From the IMG/VR virus record IMGVR_UViG_3300037418_003103: a stretch of 64,000 nucleotides of DNA; one strand, 5' to 3'. A program made the position numbers and the translations under genes. Below the pieces are notes generated by a model. The model was not told where the DNA came from. It made no database searches and saw only the letters and a list, made by a program, of their open reading frames with translations. Positions 20,339 to 30,083 of this stretch are shown one piece after another; positions within the stretch are counted from its first letter, which is position 1, and every line of letters starts with the position of its first letter. The stretch is from a virus (lineage: Duplodnaviria; Heunggongvirae; Uroviricota; Caudoviricetes).

Positions 20339-20806
20339 ATGTCAAACCAAGACTATGAGTTTATAAAAGGCTTTACTGGCTTTGCGAGATCTAAATGTAA
20401 GTGTTTAGAGGACGCAGAAGATATTATTCATGATACTGTTCTTAAAATTCTTAAAAATCCGTCAACATTCGATACTATTGTTAGTATTAACGAAAAAAAG
20501 AATTTCGTCATGAGGGTAATAAAAAATACGTATGCAGATAATATTAAAAAAGCCTCTGCAAGTAAACGTGACAATAAATCATGGCTTAATAAATCTGTAG
20601 ACGTTAATCCAAGTATATATAGCATTATTGAATTAAAAGAAATTAAACAAGCTGCATTGACAAATAAAGAGCTGAACAGCTTATTCATGAGTGCAGAGGG
20701 ATATTTAACTTCTGATATATCAAAAATTATAAAGAAGAAAAATAATGCTGTTCTTGCTCAAATATTCAGAGCTAGAAAATCTTTAAGAGAAAAATATGCT
20801 CATTAA
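20339..20806 (+). CDS. ECF-type RNA polymerase sigma factor
   Basis: Region 2 DAEDIIHDTVLKIL; region 4 SDISKII...VLAQIFRARKSLR; 155 aa. Confidence 0.8.
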   Translation: MSNQDYEFIKGFTGFARSKCKCLEDAEDIIHDTVLKILKNPSTFDTIVSINEKKNFVMRVIKNTYADNIKKASASKRDNKSWLNKSVDVNPSIYSIIELKEIKQAALTNKELNSLFMSAEGYLTSDISKIIKKKNNAVLAQIFRARKSLREKYAH

Positions 20807-22197
20807 GAGGTTAGTCCTTTAGCCATATTTTGAATTTTAATAATAGCATTTAAATCATCAGAAACGTTTTTATCTGTCCTAAACGACTTATAGCAAGGAT
20901 GTAAAAGTGAATAACTACCATTTGAATCTTGTGATAACCCACAACACTTAACCTCCACAATACTTCCTAGAAGGGATTCTTGGTTCTCGGTAATATACTT
21001 CATTGTTTTTTCATTTATTCCAGTCGGGCTTGTCTTAACAATTCCATCAAATGATTCAGCATTAAGGGACGAAATTAATTTTGAATTTTTACCTGTTCCA
21101 TAATTAAAACCTGTAACTTTCAAATCAATATCGATTTCCAGCTTCAGTTTAATTTGGTGTTTATGCTTTCCATCTCTCCACTCACCATTTAAAGACTTAA
21201 GGATTGTTCCTTCTTCGCCTCGATTGAGCATTTGTTGAAAATGGTCCATTGCTTCTTCATATGTTTTGACTTCCTTGTTTTCTATAACTTCAACCATCTT
21301 AATTTCTGGATGTATTGCCAATAAGTTATTAAGTGATTCTAGTCTTTTTCCGTACGAAATACTTGATTTTTTATCAATATATTCAGTAAAATTAATTTTA
21401 TCCCATACAGTAAATGTAATAGAATTCATTGCCTGCTCAAACGGCATGTGGGTTTCCTCAAATTCTTTCAATTCCTTAGTGGTATTCTTACCATCTTTTT
21501 GTTTAATTCCAATGCTTATAAGGGAAGCAATGATTCCGTTGCTCTCGTAACGCGAGCGCTGTTTTATTGTCAACTCTCCATTTAATACACAATCATCTAA
21601 TTTAGATAACTCTGTCAGAAAAAGAGCACCGTCAAGAATAGTTGGTTCACCAGCTCTACTCTCTAGGTCCACTTCGCCTGAACGAATAATAGCATTACAA
21701 TACCTTCCATCCATTTTAACTTGACTACTAACAGGAGACTTCAGTAGACTTCTAACCAATTCTTCGTTAAATGGCATCGCGCCCTGGTAAGGAGTCTTTT
21801 CAATGAGGTCAGGAAATACCTTATTGATGTTAGAAGATGCCATTCCTATTCTTAAATCCTTGCTTATGATTCGTTCAATAACAACAGCATCGTCTTTTTG
21901 CACACCTTGTAATATCCACGCTAAATGATTAATTGCAGCTTGACCAGTATGGACCCTATTACTAAGTTTACTGAGTTCATACAGTGCTTGCTCTAGGCTT
22001 AATATAATAAAATCTGATTTATATTCAGGAATCTGTTTAATGAAAAATTTAATCCTCTTAGAATATGTCCTGTACAGAACTTGCTCCAACACACTATGAT
22101 TAGTGTACTTACGAAGGATATCCATTTTTTTATTTGTGCTAGATTCGTTAGATATTTCGTCAAGAATCTCTAATACACTAATTTCTTTTGTTTGCAT
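20803..22197 (-). CDS. lig: ATP-dependent DNA ligase
   Basis: Motif I QVKMDGRY, LNGEL, EEGTILK, IKLK; C-terminal OB fold (LLHPCYKSFRTDK); start trimmed to MQTKE. Confidence 0.92.
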   Translation of the reverse strand: MQTKEISVLEILDEISNESSTNKKMDILRKYTNHSVLEQVLYRTYSKRIKFFIKQIPEYKSDFIILSLEQALYELSKLSNRVHTGQAAINHLAWILQGVQKDDAVVIERIISKDLRIGMASSNINKVFPDLIEKTPYQGAMPFNEELVRSLLKSPVSSQVKMDGRYCNAIIRSGEVDLESRAGEPTILDGALFLTELSKLDDCVLNGELTIKQRSRYESNGIIASLISIGIKQKDGKNTTKELKEFEETHMPFEQAMNSITFTVWDKINFTEYIDKKSSISYGKRLESLNNLLAIHPEIKMVEVIENKEVKTYEEAMDHFQQMLNRGEEGTILKSLNGEWRDGKHKHQIKLKLEIDIDLKVTGFNYGTGKNSKLISSLNAESFDGIVKTSPTGINEKTMKYITENQESLLGSIVEVKCCGLSQDSNGSYSLLHPCYKSFRTDKNVSDDLNAIIKIQNMAKGLTS

Positions 22198-22208
22198 GTT
22201 TTTATATT

Positions 22209-22727
22209 TTAAGGAAATGTTGGTAAACCAAAAAATCTCTTGATCTTGTAACAAGTATTGGGTGTTAATCCAGAGTAGTTATCTGTTAAAAATAGATTAT
22301 TTCTTTGAGAATAAAGCATATCAGAGTCGTCATCTATAATTGCATAATCAGTGTAATCAAAGTATTGTTTACCTGTTAAATCTTCGTGTTCCTTTATCCA
22401 TTTATCAATTTCATTACCTCTCACGCTATCACTGTTTAAAGAAGGAGTAGAGCCCACAATTTCAAATGTACAACCGTTCTCAGAGAGTATTTTTGTAAGC
22501 TTAGTCAACCCCATGTGCCGCCAAGTGGAAGAGATCACAACCTTAGCGTCAATGGTCTTACATAACTCATTGAACATTTCGATTCTAAAAGGGCATAGTT
22601 GGGACTTATAGTAAGCCTTGTAAGCTAATTCCTTATCAGATTCGTCATAGTCAATTGACGGGGGAGTTCTTTCGTAAAAAATCTGACAATTGAAAACACC
22701 ATCTATGTCTAAGAATATTAGTCTCAT
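22209..22727 (-). CDS. HAD-superfamily phosphatase (Swiss Army Knife RNA-repair-like HAD)
   Basis: IFLDIDGVFN, VVISSTWRH, RGNEI, AIIDDDSDM. Confidence 0.85.
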   Translation of the reverse strand: MRLIFLDIDGVFNCQIFYERTPPSIDYDESDKELAYKAYYKSQLCPFRIEMFNELCKTIDAKVVISSTWRHMGLTKLTKILSENGCTFEIVGSTPSLNSDSVRGNEIDKWIKEHEDLTGKQYFDYTDYAIIDDDSDMLYSQRNNLFLTDNYSGLTPNTCYKIKRFFGLPTFP

Positions 22728-23039
22728 TTATTTATTTTTTAATTGTTCTCTTTCCGCTGCCTGATGCTTATAAACATACTGCTCAAGATCAGATATAGAT
22801 CTTATATATCGCTTCTTCTCTTCTTCCAATCGGCGTCTTTCGTCATTAAGTTTACTATCATACTCCGCTCTCACACTATTAATTCCAACAAATCCCATTA
22901 TGATGAGAAGTAATGAAAAGGCAACAATTATAATTGAAAGGATCGGTTTTTTATTGAAGTCAGCCCAAAATTTTACTAGAATAAGCGGCAGCCAACCAAA
23001 GACTACCATCCAATAACAAATTGTAAATAATTTTTTCAT
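22728..23039 (-). CDS. Membrane protein with two TM segments and a coiled-coil tail
   Basis: Two hydrophobic stretches then ERRRLEEEKK. Confidence 0.65.
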   Translation of the reverse strand: MKKLFTICYWMVVFGWLPLILVKFWADFNKKPILSIIIVAFSLLLIIMGFVGINSVRAEYDSKLNDERRRLEEEKKRYIRSISDLEQYVYKHQAAEREQLKNK

Positions 23040-23051
23040 AATATTATATAT

Positions 23052-23405
23052 TTATAGGTCACCCGTATCAAGCAGTTTTTTACCTTTTGGCGTTAATTTT
23101 AATAGGTGTTCGTCGTCAGTCCATTCGTTGACAAATTTTAGAGTGTTTGAACAACAGCTATCGTAGCTTGAAATAACGTCGTCGTCTATTTCATTGTATT
23201 TAGACTTATCAGAATAACCCTCAATTACACTGCTATTATAAGCTTCTAAAGTGCCATACGAATTTACGAAAAATATGCCAGCTTTCTTACAAGCCTTATA
23301 TGTGGCCTTAAGTTTATTAAATAGTTTCTTTTGCTCAGGAGTTAAATCAAAATATACCATCGGTTGATTTTTTAAATGTTTTTTTAAGTATATCCTCCAA
23401 GACAT
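23052..23405 (-). CDS. Hypothetical protein
   Basis: 117 aa ORF. Confidence 0.6.
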   Translation of the reverse strand: MSWRIYLKKHLKNQPMVYFDLTPEQKKLFNKLKATYKACKKAGIFFVNSYGTLEAYNSSVIEGYSDKSKYNEIDDDVISSYDSCCSNTLKFVNEWTDDEHLLKLTPKGKKLLDTGDL

Positions 23406-23862
23406 TATCTTTATCTAAACGAATTATTGAGTAAAGAATGCTGTCCAAACGTCCATTACTGGGCTCTTTAAGAACCTCTCTTTTATTTCTCTCATACAAG
23501 CCCAGGTAGCGTCTGTATCTATAGGTAAAACGACCATCTGAGCCGTATTTGTTTTCTTTATCCTCTCCTCTGAAACAATGTAGTAAGTACATGTATTCAT
23601 CGTTTTCTTCTTTAGACAATAAATCATATTTAACCTTTCTATAATTTCCATCAAAAAAGCCTATTTGTCTTATTGACTTATGAAAAGAGTAAAACCAGTT
23701 TTCAATGCCCCACTCCTTAAAGTAAGTGTTCTTACCGCTTGCAAGTTCCATTAGATATTCTAAATCTTTGTCCAAGTCTGCTTGTAAGCTAAAAAGCGAA
23801 TAATAGATGTCTGCGATCTCGGTTGAATCCTTTCTCAAATAATTTAAAAAAATATCTTTCAT
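23347..23862 (-). CDS. Hypothetical protein
   Basis: 171 aa ORF. Confidence 0.65.
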   Translation of the reverse strand: MKDIFLNYLRKDSTEIADIYYSLFSLQADLDKDLEYLMELASGKNTYFKEWGIENWFYSFHKSIRQIGFFDGNYRKVKYDLLSKEENDEYMYLLHCFRGEDKENKYGSDGRFTYRYRRYLGLYERNKREVLKEPSNGRLDSILYSIIRLDKDNVLEDILKKTFKKSTDGIF

Positions 23863-23874
23863 ACCATTTTATTT

Positions 23875-24066
23875 TTAACTTACTCTTAATAATTCACGCT
23901 TCCATATATATTTAAAATCACTGCCCCATCCACTTAATGGAAGCACAAAATACATTATAGAGTACCATGAGTTAATTTTACCTTCATCATTTTGTACTGT
24001 GCATTTGGTGAGTCTTATAAAGAACCACTGCAAAATAAAATAATTTAACATTTTTAAAGGAGTCAT
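23875..24066 (-). CDS. Small hypothetical protein
   Basis: Start trimmed to MTPLKM; the ORF-track TTG lies in the promoter box. Confidence 0.55.
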   Translation of the reverse strand: MTPLKMLNYFILQWFFIRLTKCTVQNDEGKINSWYSIMYFVLPLSGWGSDFKYIWKRELLRVS

Positions 24067-24078
24067 ACTATTTTTATG

Positions 24079-24148
24079 CAAATATACGTCATTTATAAAT
24101 TATTTCCAAAAAATATTTGGTTATAAATAAAAAATAATAGTAAGTTTG
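24079..24148. promoter_or_regulatory. Back-to-back divergent sigma-A promoters
   Basis: Minus: TTTG(24110-24107)-N20-TATATTTG(24086-24079); plus: TTTG(24116-24119)-N21-TAAGTTTG(24141-24148). Confidence 0.8.
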
Positions 24149-24152
24149 TATT

Positions 24153-24722
24153 ATGAAAAGCAAAATAAGTTCATTATTAAGTGGTGCAGAACATGAAAAA
24201 TGGGTAAAAAAAAATCTTAATACACCAATAAAAGTAGCTAATAACGATTTTGTCTTGGGACTTCTTTGGGGCGAAATTATATGGAGATCCTTGCTATCAA
24301 AACATACATCTGGTTACAATTTAATAAATCTTCCTCTTACTGAAGAGGAAAGAGAAAAAGAAAATATACTTAATAAAACGTGGCTTGATGGTTACTTCGC
24401 CTTAAAGGCAAATATGACCGCCGAAGAAAATGATTTATATAATAAATCAAAAGCTTTATTTAAAGATTATAGGAGTTATGCAAAATCTATTAGTATTAAG
24501 TATCTGCCTCATGCTTTAACTTATACAGATAGGGTTATATGGAGGCCTAATGATATTAAAGAATTCTTTAATGGCATTGAAACATTTTTATGGAATACAG
24601 ATATGTGCGAGTATTCATTTACTGAAAAAGACATTGTCATTACTGAGGAAAGATTATTTAGAGTTTATGAGCTAACAATTGCGTTTACACTTTCAGATTT
24701 AAAAGAATCAAATGGAGACTAG
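24153..24722 (+). CDS. Hypothetical protein
   Basis: 189 aa ORF, first of the + strand block. Confidence 0.7.
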   Translation: MKSKISSLLSGAEHEKWVKKNLNTPIKVANNDFVLGLLWGEIIWRSLLSKHTSGYNLINLPLTEEEREKENILNKTWLDGYFALKANMTAEENDLYNKSKALFKDYRSYAKSISIKYLPHALTYTDRVIWRPNDIKEFFNGIETFLWNTDMCEYSFTEKDIVITEERLFRVYELTIAFTLSDLKESNGD

Positions 24723-24741
24723 AAATATAACTATAAAAAAC

Positions 24742-25443
24742 ATGAGTAAATTTCACCAGATTTTATTTACCTCAGACATGGTAGAGGGAATACTGAAAGG
24801 AATAAAAACGCAAACAAGACGTAAGGCTAATTTTGATACGGATTGTACCAGAATTGAAAAATATATGGACAAGTGGCAAGAGGTGTACAACGCTAGTGGA
24901 GATCCTAAAAAAGCTTGGATATCTTTTTGTAACCAACACTCTCCGTTTGGAGATGTTGGTGATATTCTTTGGGTTCGAGAAACCTGGCAGGCTCTTAGAT
25001 TTTTTTATGATTGGGAAACAGGCTACTGCGAAGAATACGAAGTAGTGGATGATAAAGTGGTTGCTAAGTATAACATTAATAATTGGTGGTCGTTTCAACC
25101 CAGATATGGATTTGTCTATAGGGCGGAAAGTGGCTGGGATGATAATATAGAGGATAGAGGATTTAAATGGCGGCCATCTATTCATATGCCTAAGGCGGCA
25201 TGCAGACTATTCTTAGAAATAACTGACGTAAGGGTTGAACGTTTAAACGACATAAGTGAAGAAGATGCCAGGTCTGAGGGTGTTCTTCATTATGAAGATG
25301 AGCATGATGACTTCAAGAGTTATGTAGAGTCGTTTGAAACGCTTTGGCAGCAATTATACGGATCTGAATCTTGGAATAAAAATCCCTGGGTTTGGGTGTT
25401 GGGCTTCAAAAAGATAGATACGCCAAAAAATTTTTTAAATTAA
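24742..25443 (+). CDS. ASCH/PUA-like phage protein
   Basis: GILKGIKTQTRR, GDILWVRETW, WRPSIHMPK, ITDVRVERLNDISEEDARSEG, NPWVWV. Confidence 0.85.
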   Translation: MSKFHQILFTSDMVEGILKGIKTQTRRKANFDTDCTRIEKYMDKWQEVYNASGDPKKAWISFCNQHSPFGDVGDILWVRETWQALRFFYDWETGYCEEYEVVDDKVVAKYNINNWWSFQPRYGFVYRAESGWDDNIEDRGFKWRPSIHMPKAACRLFLEITDVRVERLNDISEEDARSEGVLHYEDEHDDFKSYVESFETLWQQLYGSESWNKNPWVWVLGFKKIDTPKNFLN

Positions 25444-25548
25444 AATGTTTATAGACTACGTAGCTAATAAATTTGAAGAAAATGAAATAAAAAAGTATGG
25501 AAATCAGCTTGTAAAAAAGACCTTGATTAGGTTATAATCACAGTAATA

Positions 25549-26085
25549 ATGACAGAATTAAAACCAACAAACCTTATAGCATTTGAAGTGCCACAGGATG
25601 CCAACTATTTCTATTTAGACAAAATAGAAGAAGATAATTACGAGTTGCAATTTATTAGCGGCGGAGCAGAGCATGGCAGGGGTTTAGAATTTGAGTCTAT
25701 AATTCTTGGCGAAGTGACAAAGGATGAAATAGGATTTGATGTTGAACCTTACATAGTATTAGATGAAATTAATGCAGGAAGGAAACTGTACTTAATATTT
25801 GGCAAATATTACAATGAACCGCGGCATGAAAGAGTCCTTTCAACAACTGATAAAAAAGAAGTATTTAAAAGTCTTTTAGTAGCTAATGGACTTTATTTTG
25901 AAAACCCTTTGAGCGAGCCAAATTTGAGTAGCTATGAATTTAAAGGAACAAGTGTTGGTTTTACGGGAACAATATTTCCAAATAACGGATATGATATTGA
26001 GGGTTTTAATGCTGAATATAAGAAATGGCAATCATTTGAAGATAAACGAATTAAAGGAAAATTATTAATTCTTGAAAAATTATAA
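25549..26085 (+). CDS. Hypothetical protein, paralog family A
   Basis: Shares PTNLIA.EVP, GEVTKD..GFDVEPY, NGLYF.NP and WQSFEDK.IKGKLLIL with 28348..28833. Confidence 0.75.
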   Translation: MTELKPTNLIAFEVPQDANYFYLDKIEEDNYELQFISGGAEHGRGLEFESIILGEVTKDEIGFDVEPYIVLDEINAGRKLYLIFGKYYNEPRHERVLSTTDKKEVFKSLLVANGLYFENPLSEPNLSSYEFKGTSVGFTGTIFPNNGYDIEGFNAEYKKWQSFEDKRIKGKLLILEKL

Positions 26086-26362
26086 AAATGATGGATAATA
26101 TATTAAAATCAATTTTAAAATTTATTATAAAATGGTTTTCCGATCAAAGAAGTTGTTCTAATTGCAAAAAGGTTATGAAGTGTGAATATCCACATTATCC
26201 ATTATCATATAGAGAATACTCATGTGAATGTGGAATGAAAAAGGTTGAGGATGATACAAGACCATAAAAAGAAAAAATAAGTGACGAAAATACTCATATA
26301 GTAATTTTTCTAAAATAATCAATAAATGATAACAGAATTATGTCTGATAAAAATACAACAAT

Positions 26363-26929
26363 ATGATTGCAAAAACAGAGAATAAAGTTATAATGTATGA
26401 TAGTCCTGAAGCTGCTACTTATCGAAAGGATATTGAAGGTTGGATAAGCATTGACAATATTTATTGTGGTAAGGGTAAAACTGGTGAAGATTTAGCTCGT
26501 TACCGAAGTGCTACTCATACAAAATGTGAATGTGGCGCTGTAATTAAGATGCGAACTTATACCACCTGTGATGAGTGTCGTCATAAAAAAGCCATTGAAA
26601 ATTACAACAAACTCACATTTAAAGAATACGACGAAAGCCCTGTTGTTACTTGGGATAATGATATTTATTTTTTTAGTGAGGTAGACATTCAAGATTATTT
26701 AGAAGAGAATGAATTGGAAAGTATTGATCTGCTTTTCTGTGAAGAAAATAGCTGGAATCCAGTTGAACCTGATTATTGGAGTGATATCATGCCTGAAAAC
26801 AGCGATGGTTATTTACCTAAAAAACTTCAAGAAGCATTAGACGCGTTTAACAAAGTCATTTCGGAAATGCCGACATGCAGTTATTCACCAAGTAAAATAA
26901 GAACTACTTATAAAAACATTGTCGTATAA
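26363..26929 (+). CDS. Hypothetical phage protein with Cys motifs
   Basis: ATH.KCECG...CDECRH. Confidence 0.7.
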   Translation: MIAKTENKVIMYDSPEAATYRKDIEGWISIDNIYCGKGKTGEDLARYRSATHTKCECGAVIKMRTYTTCDECRHKKAIENYNKLTFKEYDESPVVTWDNDIYFFSEVDIQDYLEENELESIDLLFCEENSWNPVEPDYWSDIMPENSDGYLPKKLQEALDAFNKVISEMPTCSYSPSKIRTTYKNIVV

Positions 26930-26939
26930 ATAAAGAAAA

Positions 26940-27341
26940 ATGAAATTACTATCTCTAAGTGAAGAGCCTGTTGTAACTGTTGGTCAAATAATTACAGAGG
27001 CTATTCGACTTCATGAACTAAATCCAGGAAGCGTTGAAAAAGAATTGGATCTTCCTAAGGATACTATTTGTAAGTTGATGTATGATGAAGAATATATTAA
27101 TAATATTCCACTCCTGTTGTTCAAGAATCTTATCCTATCGCTGCATATACCTTTTGTAAAAATTGAAAAAGCAATGCTTCCTACTTTTCAATTAATAAAA
27201 TCAAAAGAAGCACAGGAAAGTTTGAAGAAAAAACCGCAAGGCCACCTTCTTTGGGAAAATGAAGAAGCTGTTATCAAATATACTGACCGATTGAAAGAAT
27301 TAATGAAGGGCACAAAAAGTAAAGAATCTGTTCCTAAATAA
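26940..27341 (+). CDS. Putative XRE-like HTH DNA-binding protein
   Basis: GQIITEAIRLHELNPGSVEKELDLPKDTICKLM resembles an XRE HTH. Confidence 0.45.
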   Translation: MKLLSLSEEPVVTVGQIITEAIRLHELNPGSVEKELDLPKDTICKLMYDEEYINNIPLLLFKNLILSLHIPFVKIEKAMLPTFQLIKSKEAQESLKKKPQGHLLWENEEAVIKYTDRLKELMKGTKSKESVPK

Positions 27342-27597
27342 ATAATGGATAACTTAGATTGTGAATCCCTTTATCAAAGATTAAGACTTAATGATATTTT
27401 GCCACCATTGGATGCAGATAAAAAGCGTCTTTTATTACAAGAAATTCACAGTTTTAAATTAAAACAATACGCCAATAGTAAATTGGAATAAATTAAAAAT
27501 CCATTATCCGATGCTGGATTCTTACTTCAAGAAAGAGAAAAGTCTAATCTCAGTGATGAATTGACAAAAATTATTGGAAATATTAAACTAAATATTA

Positions 27598-28122
27598 ATG
27601 AAAAAATATAAATTTTCTCTTAAGGATGAATGTATGCAGGAATACACTGGCTATCATCCATTTCTTGTTGTTGCCAAAAAAGAAATACCTGTTCCCAAAA
27701 AATTTCTCAGTGAATTTGAGAATGATAAGGTTTATGATGAAAGTGAATTTGAAATTAAGCAAGAACAAAAATTAAACCATGGAGAAAATATTAAATCAGG
27801 CGGCTTTGAAAACGGTTCGCAAATTTATTTTGAAATGGTAGCTGTTCCAAAACAAAAAGTAGCTGATACTGAACCATGGAATGACTTTTTTAATAAGTGT
27901 TATAAGAAATTTCAAGCAACTAATGATTCAGAAGCCTTTTATAATGACATTAAATCATTTCATAAGATAGTAACATCCAAACAAGAAACGGAAGATACTG
28001 AATTATGGAAAGATATTTTTCTTTTCATTGAGGCCCACATAAAGGATATGACTTATGGTGAGCTAATGAAGTACTTCCAAAAGTATTACCACATAACTAA
28101 AAAATATGACCAGACCATTTGA
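27598..28122 (+). CDS. Hypothetical protein
   Basis: 174 aa ORF. Confidence 0.65.
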   Translation: MKKYKFSLKDECMQEYTGYHPFLVVAKKEIPVPKKFLSEFENDKVYDESEFEIKQEQKLNHGENIKSGGFENGSQIYFEMVAVPKQKVADTEPWNDFFNKCYKKFQATNDSEAFYNDIKSFHKIVTSKQETEDTELWKDIFLFIEAHIKDMTYGELMKYFQKYYHITKKYDQTI

Positions 28123-28336
28123 AAACGCGGTAGTTGGTGACATGGTTTACCACCTGGCCTACGGTCAAGGTAAAGTTATTCATGTGGATAGAGACACGTT
28201 AATATATAGGCCAATAACAGCTAAAGATAGCTCAAATGATTCCTGGATAAATAAAGATGGCTATACCTCAGCATGGAATAGTAATGTTATTAATCGTGTA
28301 CTATACTTGAATAAGCCAAAAATAATTGAACAATAA
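28106..28336 (+). CDS. Small SH3-like hypothetical protein
   Basis: VGDMVYHLAYGQGKVIHV. Confidence 0.6.
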   Translation: MTRPFENAVVGDMVYHLAYGQGKVIHVDRDTLIYRPITAKDSSNDSWINKDGYTSAWNSNVINRVLYLNKPKIIEQ

Positions 28337-28347
28337 AAAGATTAAAT

Positions 28348-28833
28348 ATGATTCAGCATTTAGAACCAACAAATCTTATTGCAGTTGAAGTACCCGCTTT
28401 GTCATGCAACCATAAATCATACTCTTCGCATCCAAATGTCAATTTGCTTTTTGATTTACCTGACGATGGTGGGTGTAAGGTTTGTGGCAGTTTATCCTGG
28501 ATATACGATACTGGTGAAGATAATCACGTACCTATTTTTACAATTCTTGGTGAAGTAACAAAGGATAAAGTAGGCTTTGATGTTGAACCTTATGTGAACG
28601 TATTGGCTACACATTTAAGTTCAGAAGAAAAAGCACAAGTGCGAGGGAATCCATTCTATTATCTATTAGCAGAGAATGGACTTTATTTTAAAAACCCTAA
28701 GCCAGTTCCAGAAAAAATACCTGGAGGAATTATTTCTTTTCCATCGCGAGCTTACGATAGATTGGAAGAATGGCAATCTTTTGAGGATAAACTAATTAAG
28801 GGAAAACTCTTAATACTTAAGATAGCAAAATGA
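28348..28833 (+). CDS. Hypothetical protein, paralog family A
   Basis: See 25549..26085; carries a CKVC insertion. Confidence 0.75.
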   Translation: MIQHLEPTNLIAVEVPALSCNHKSYSSHPNVNLLFDLPDDGGCKVCGSLSWIYDTGEDNHVPIFTILGEVTKDKVGFDVEPYVNVLATHLSSEEKAQVRGNPFYYLLAENGLYFKNPKPVPEKIPGGIISFPSRAYDRLEEWQSFEDKLIKGKLLILKIAK

Positions 28834-29231
28834 AAAAGCAAAAAATTTTTATACCTATAAGTGCTGAAGACGAGAAGCCAGTTATAGACCAGTGGTATTT
28901 TACTTATACTGAGGATATGGGAGCTTGCCAGTCACTAGGCTCTGAAAGGTTCAATAAAGAAACAAATGAGTTTGAGCAAGAAGAGGCCTATTACGCACAG
29001 CCCTCTCACTGGTTAAAAGAGACCGAGGGTTATTTCTTTACCTCAGAAGAATTTAATAAAATACTTGGTCTGAATGAACCATGGCCTCTAATCGACACTT
29101 TAAAAAAACTGATAGAAGCAAGCGGCATACTGCTCTATAAAAAAGATTATGATGGCCCAGATTGGGAAGAAATAGAACAGGCAAGCAGTAGGGGGTTGAA
29201 ATATATAAAATTACTTAAAAGAGACCAATGA
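28830..29231 (+). CDS. Hypothetical protein
   Basis: 133 aa ORF. Confidence 0.65.
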   Translation: MKKQKIFIPISAEDEKPVIDQWYFTYTEDMGACQSLGSERFNKETNEFEQEEAYYAQPSHWLKETEGYFFTSEEFNKILGLNEPWPLIDTLKKLIEASGILLYKKDYDGPDWEEIEQASSRGLKYIKLLKRDQ

Positions 29232-29275
29232 TATTTCATGTATTAAGGATATTTTAAACGAATAAAGCCAGGGGT

Positions 29276-29512
29276 ATGAAAAAAATAGATGAAAATACAA
29301 GAGTAAAACTAAAGTTCAAATTGTCAGTGGGTAACACGGTATTTTGCCTACAAAGAAAGAGACAGTGGGGATGGAAAACGGTTTCATGGACTTATCCTAG
29401 TATATTCAGACATAGGGGTTTTGACGAAATTCTTAAGCATCTTCTTAGACAGGAAGAAATGAAATTATCGGAGAAAAAAATTGGGGATATTATTTTAAAA
29501 AGATTAGCATGA
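29276..29512 (+). CDS. Hypothetical basic protein
   Basis: 78 aa ORF. Confidence 0.55.
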   Translation: MKKIDENTRVKLKFKLSVGNTVFCLQRKRQWGWKTVSWTYPSIFRHRGFDEILKHLLRQEEMKLSEKKIGDIILKRLA

Positions 29513-29790
29513 GTACCTGTTCCAAACATAAAAAAGAATTACTTGGAGTCTCCGATATGAAGGCCCTTGCTCAGATGGTAGGTGACTTACATTATGAGAC
29601 ACTTAAGGATTTCATTCATGAATTATCCAAGAAGCTAAATGATGACGCAATGCAGGATTTTCAGAATGGAAGAACCAGGTTATCCTCAAGGCTGCTTGGA
29701 GCCAGCGTAACGCTAAGAGCAGTCTACCAGTGGCTGAAAGAAGCCTGGAGTATTAGTGAGCCCTACATGGATTCAGATAAAAATACTTAA
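29509..29790 (+). CDS. Hypothetical protein
   Basis: 93 aa ORF, ATGA overlap. Confidence 0.65.
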   Translation: MSTCSKHKKELLGVSDMKALAQMVGDLHYETLKDFIHELSKKLNDDAMQDFQNGRTRLSSRLLGASVTLRAVYQWLKEAWSISEPYMDSDKNT

Positions 29791-29843
29791 GAATTAGTTG
29801 GCAATTTAAAAATACAGTAGTATATTTGCTTTAAATAAATGAA

Positions 29844-30083
29844 ATGAAAAAAATACTTGTAATGCTCGTAGCTCTTATATTCTCAGCAAGTATCACTGGA
29901 TGTGAATATTTTGATGGGGCCAAGTGTATGGCGACGGTTCAAAGGGCTTATCCAAATGGTATCGTATGGAGGCTGCCTGATATAGACTACAGATTTGTGG
30001 TACTGGATAGCGGAAGAGTTATTTACGTAAGAACGGTGGATACCTGGGATAAGATTTCTAGCATAAATATAATTAAACAATAA
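29844..30083 (+). CDS. Putative lipoprotein
   Basis: MKKILVMLVALIFSASITG-C lipobox; GTTG-N20-TATATTTG promoter at ~29797-29828. Confidence 0.65.
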   Translation: MKKILVMLVALIFSASITGCEYFDGAKCMATVQRAYPNGIVWRLPDIDYRFVVLDSGRVIYVRTVDTWDKISSINIIKQ

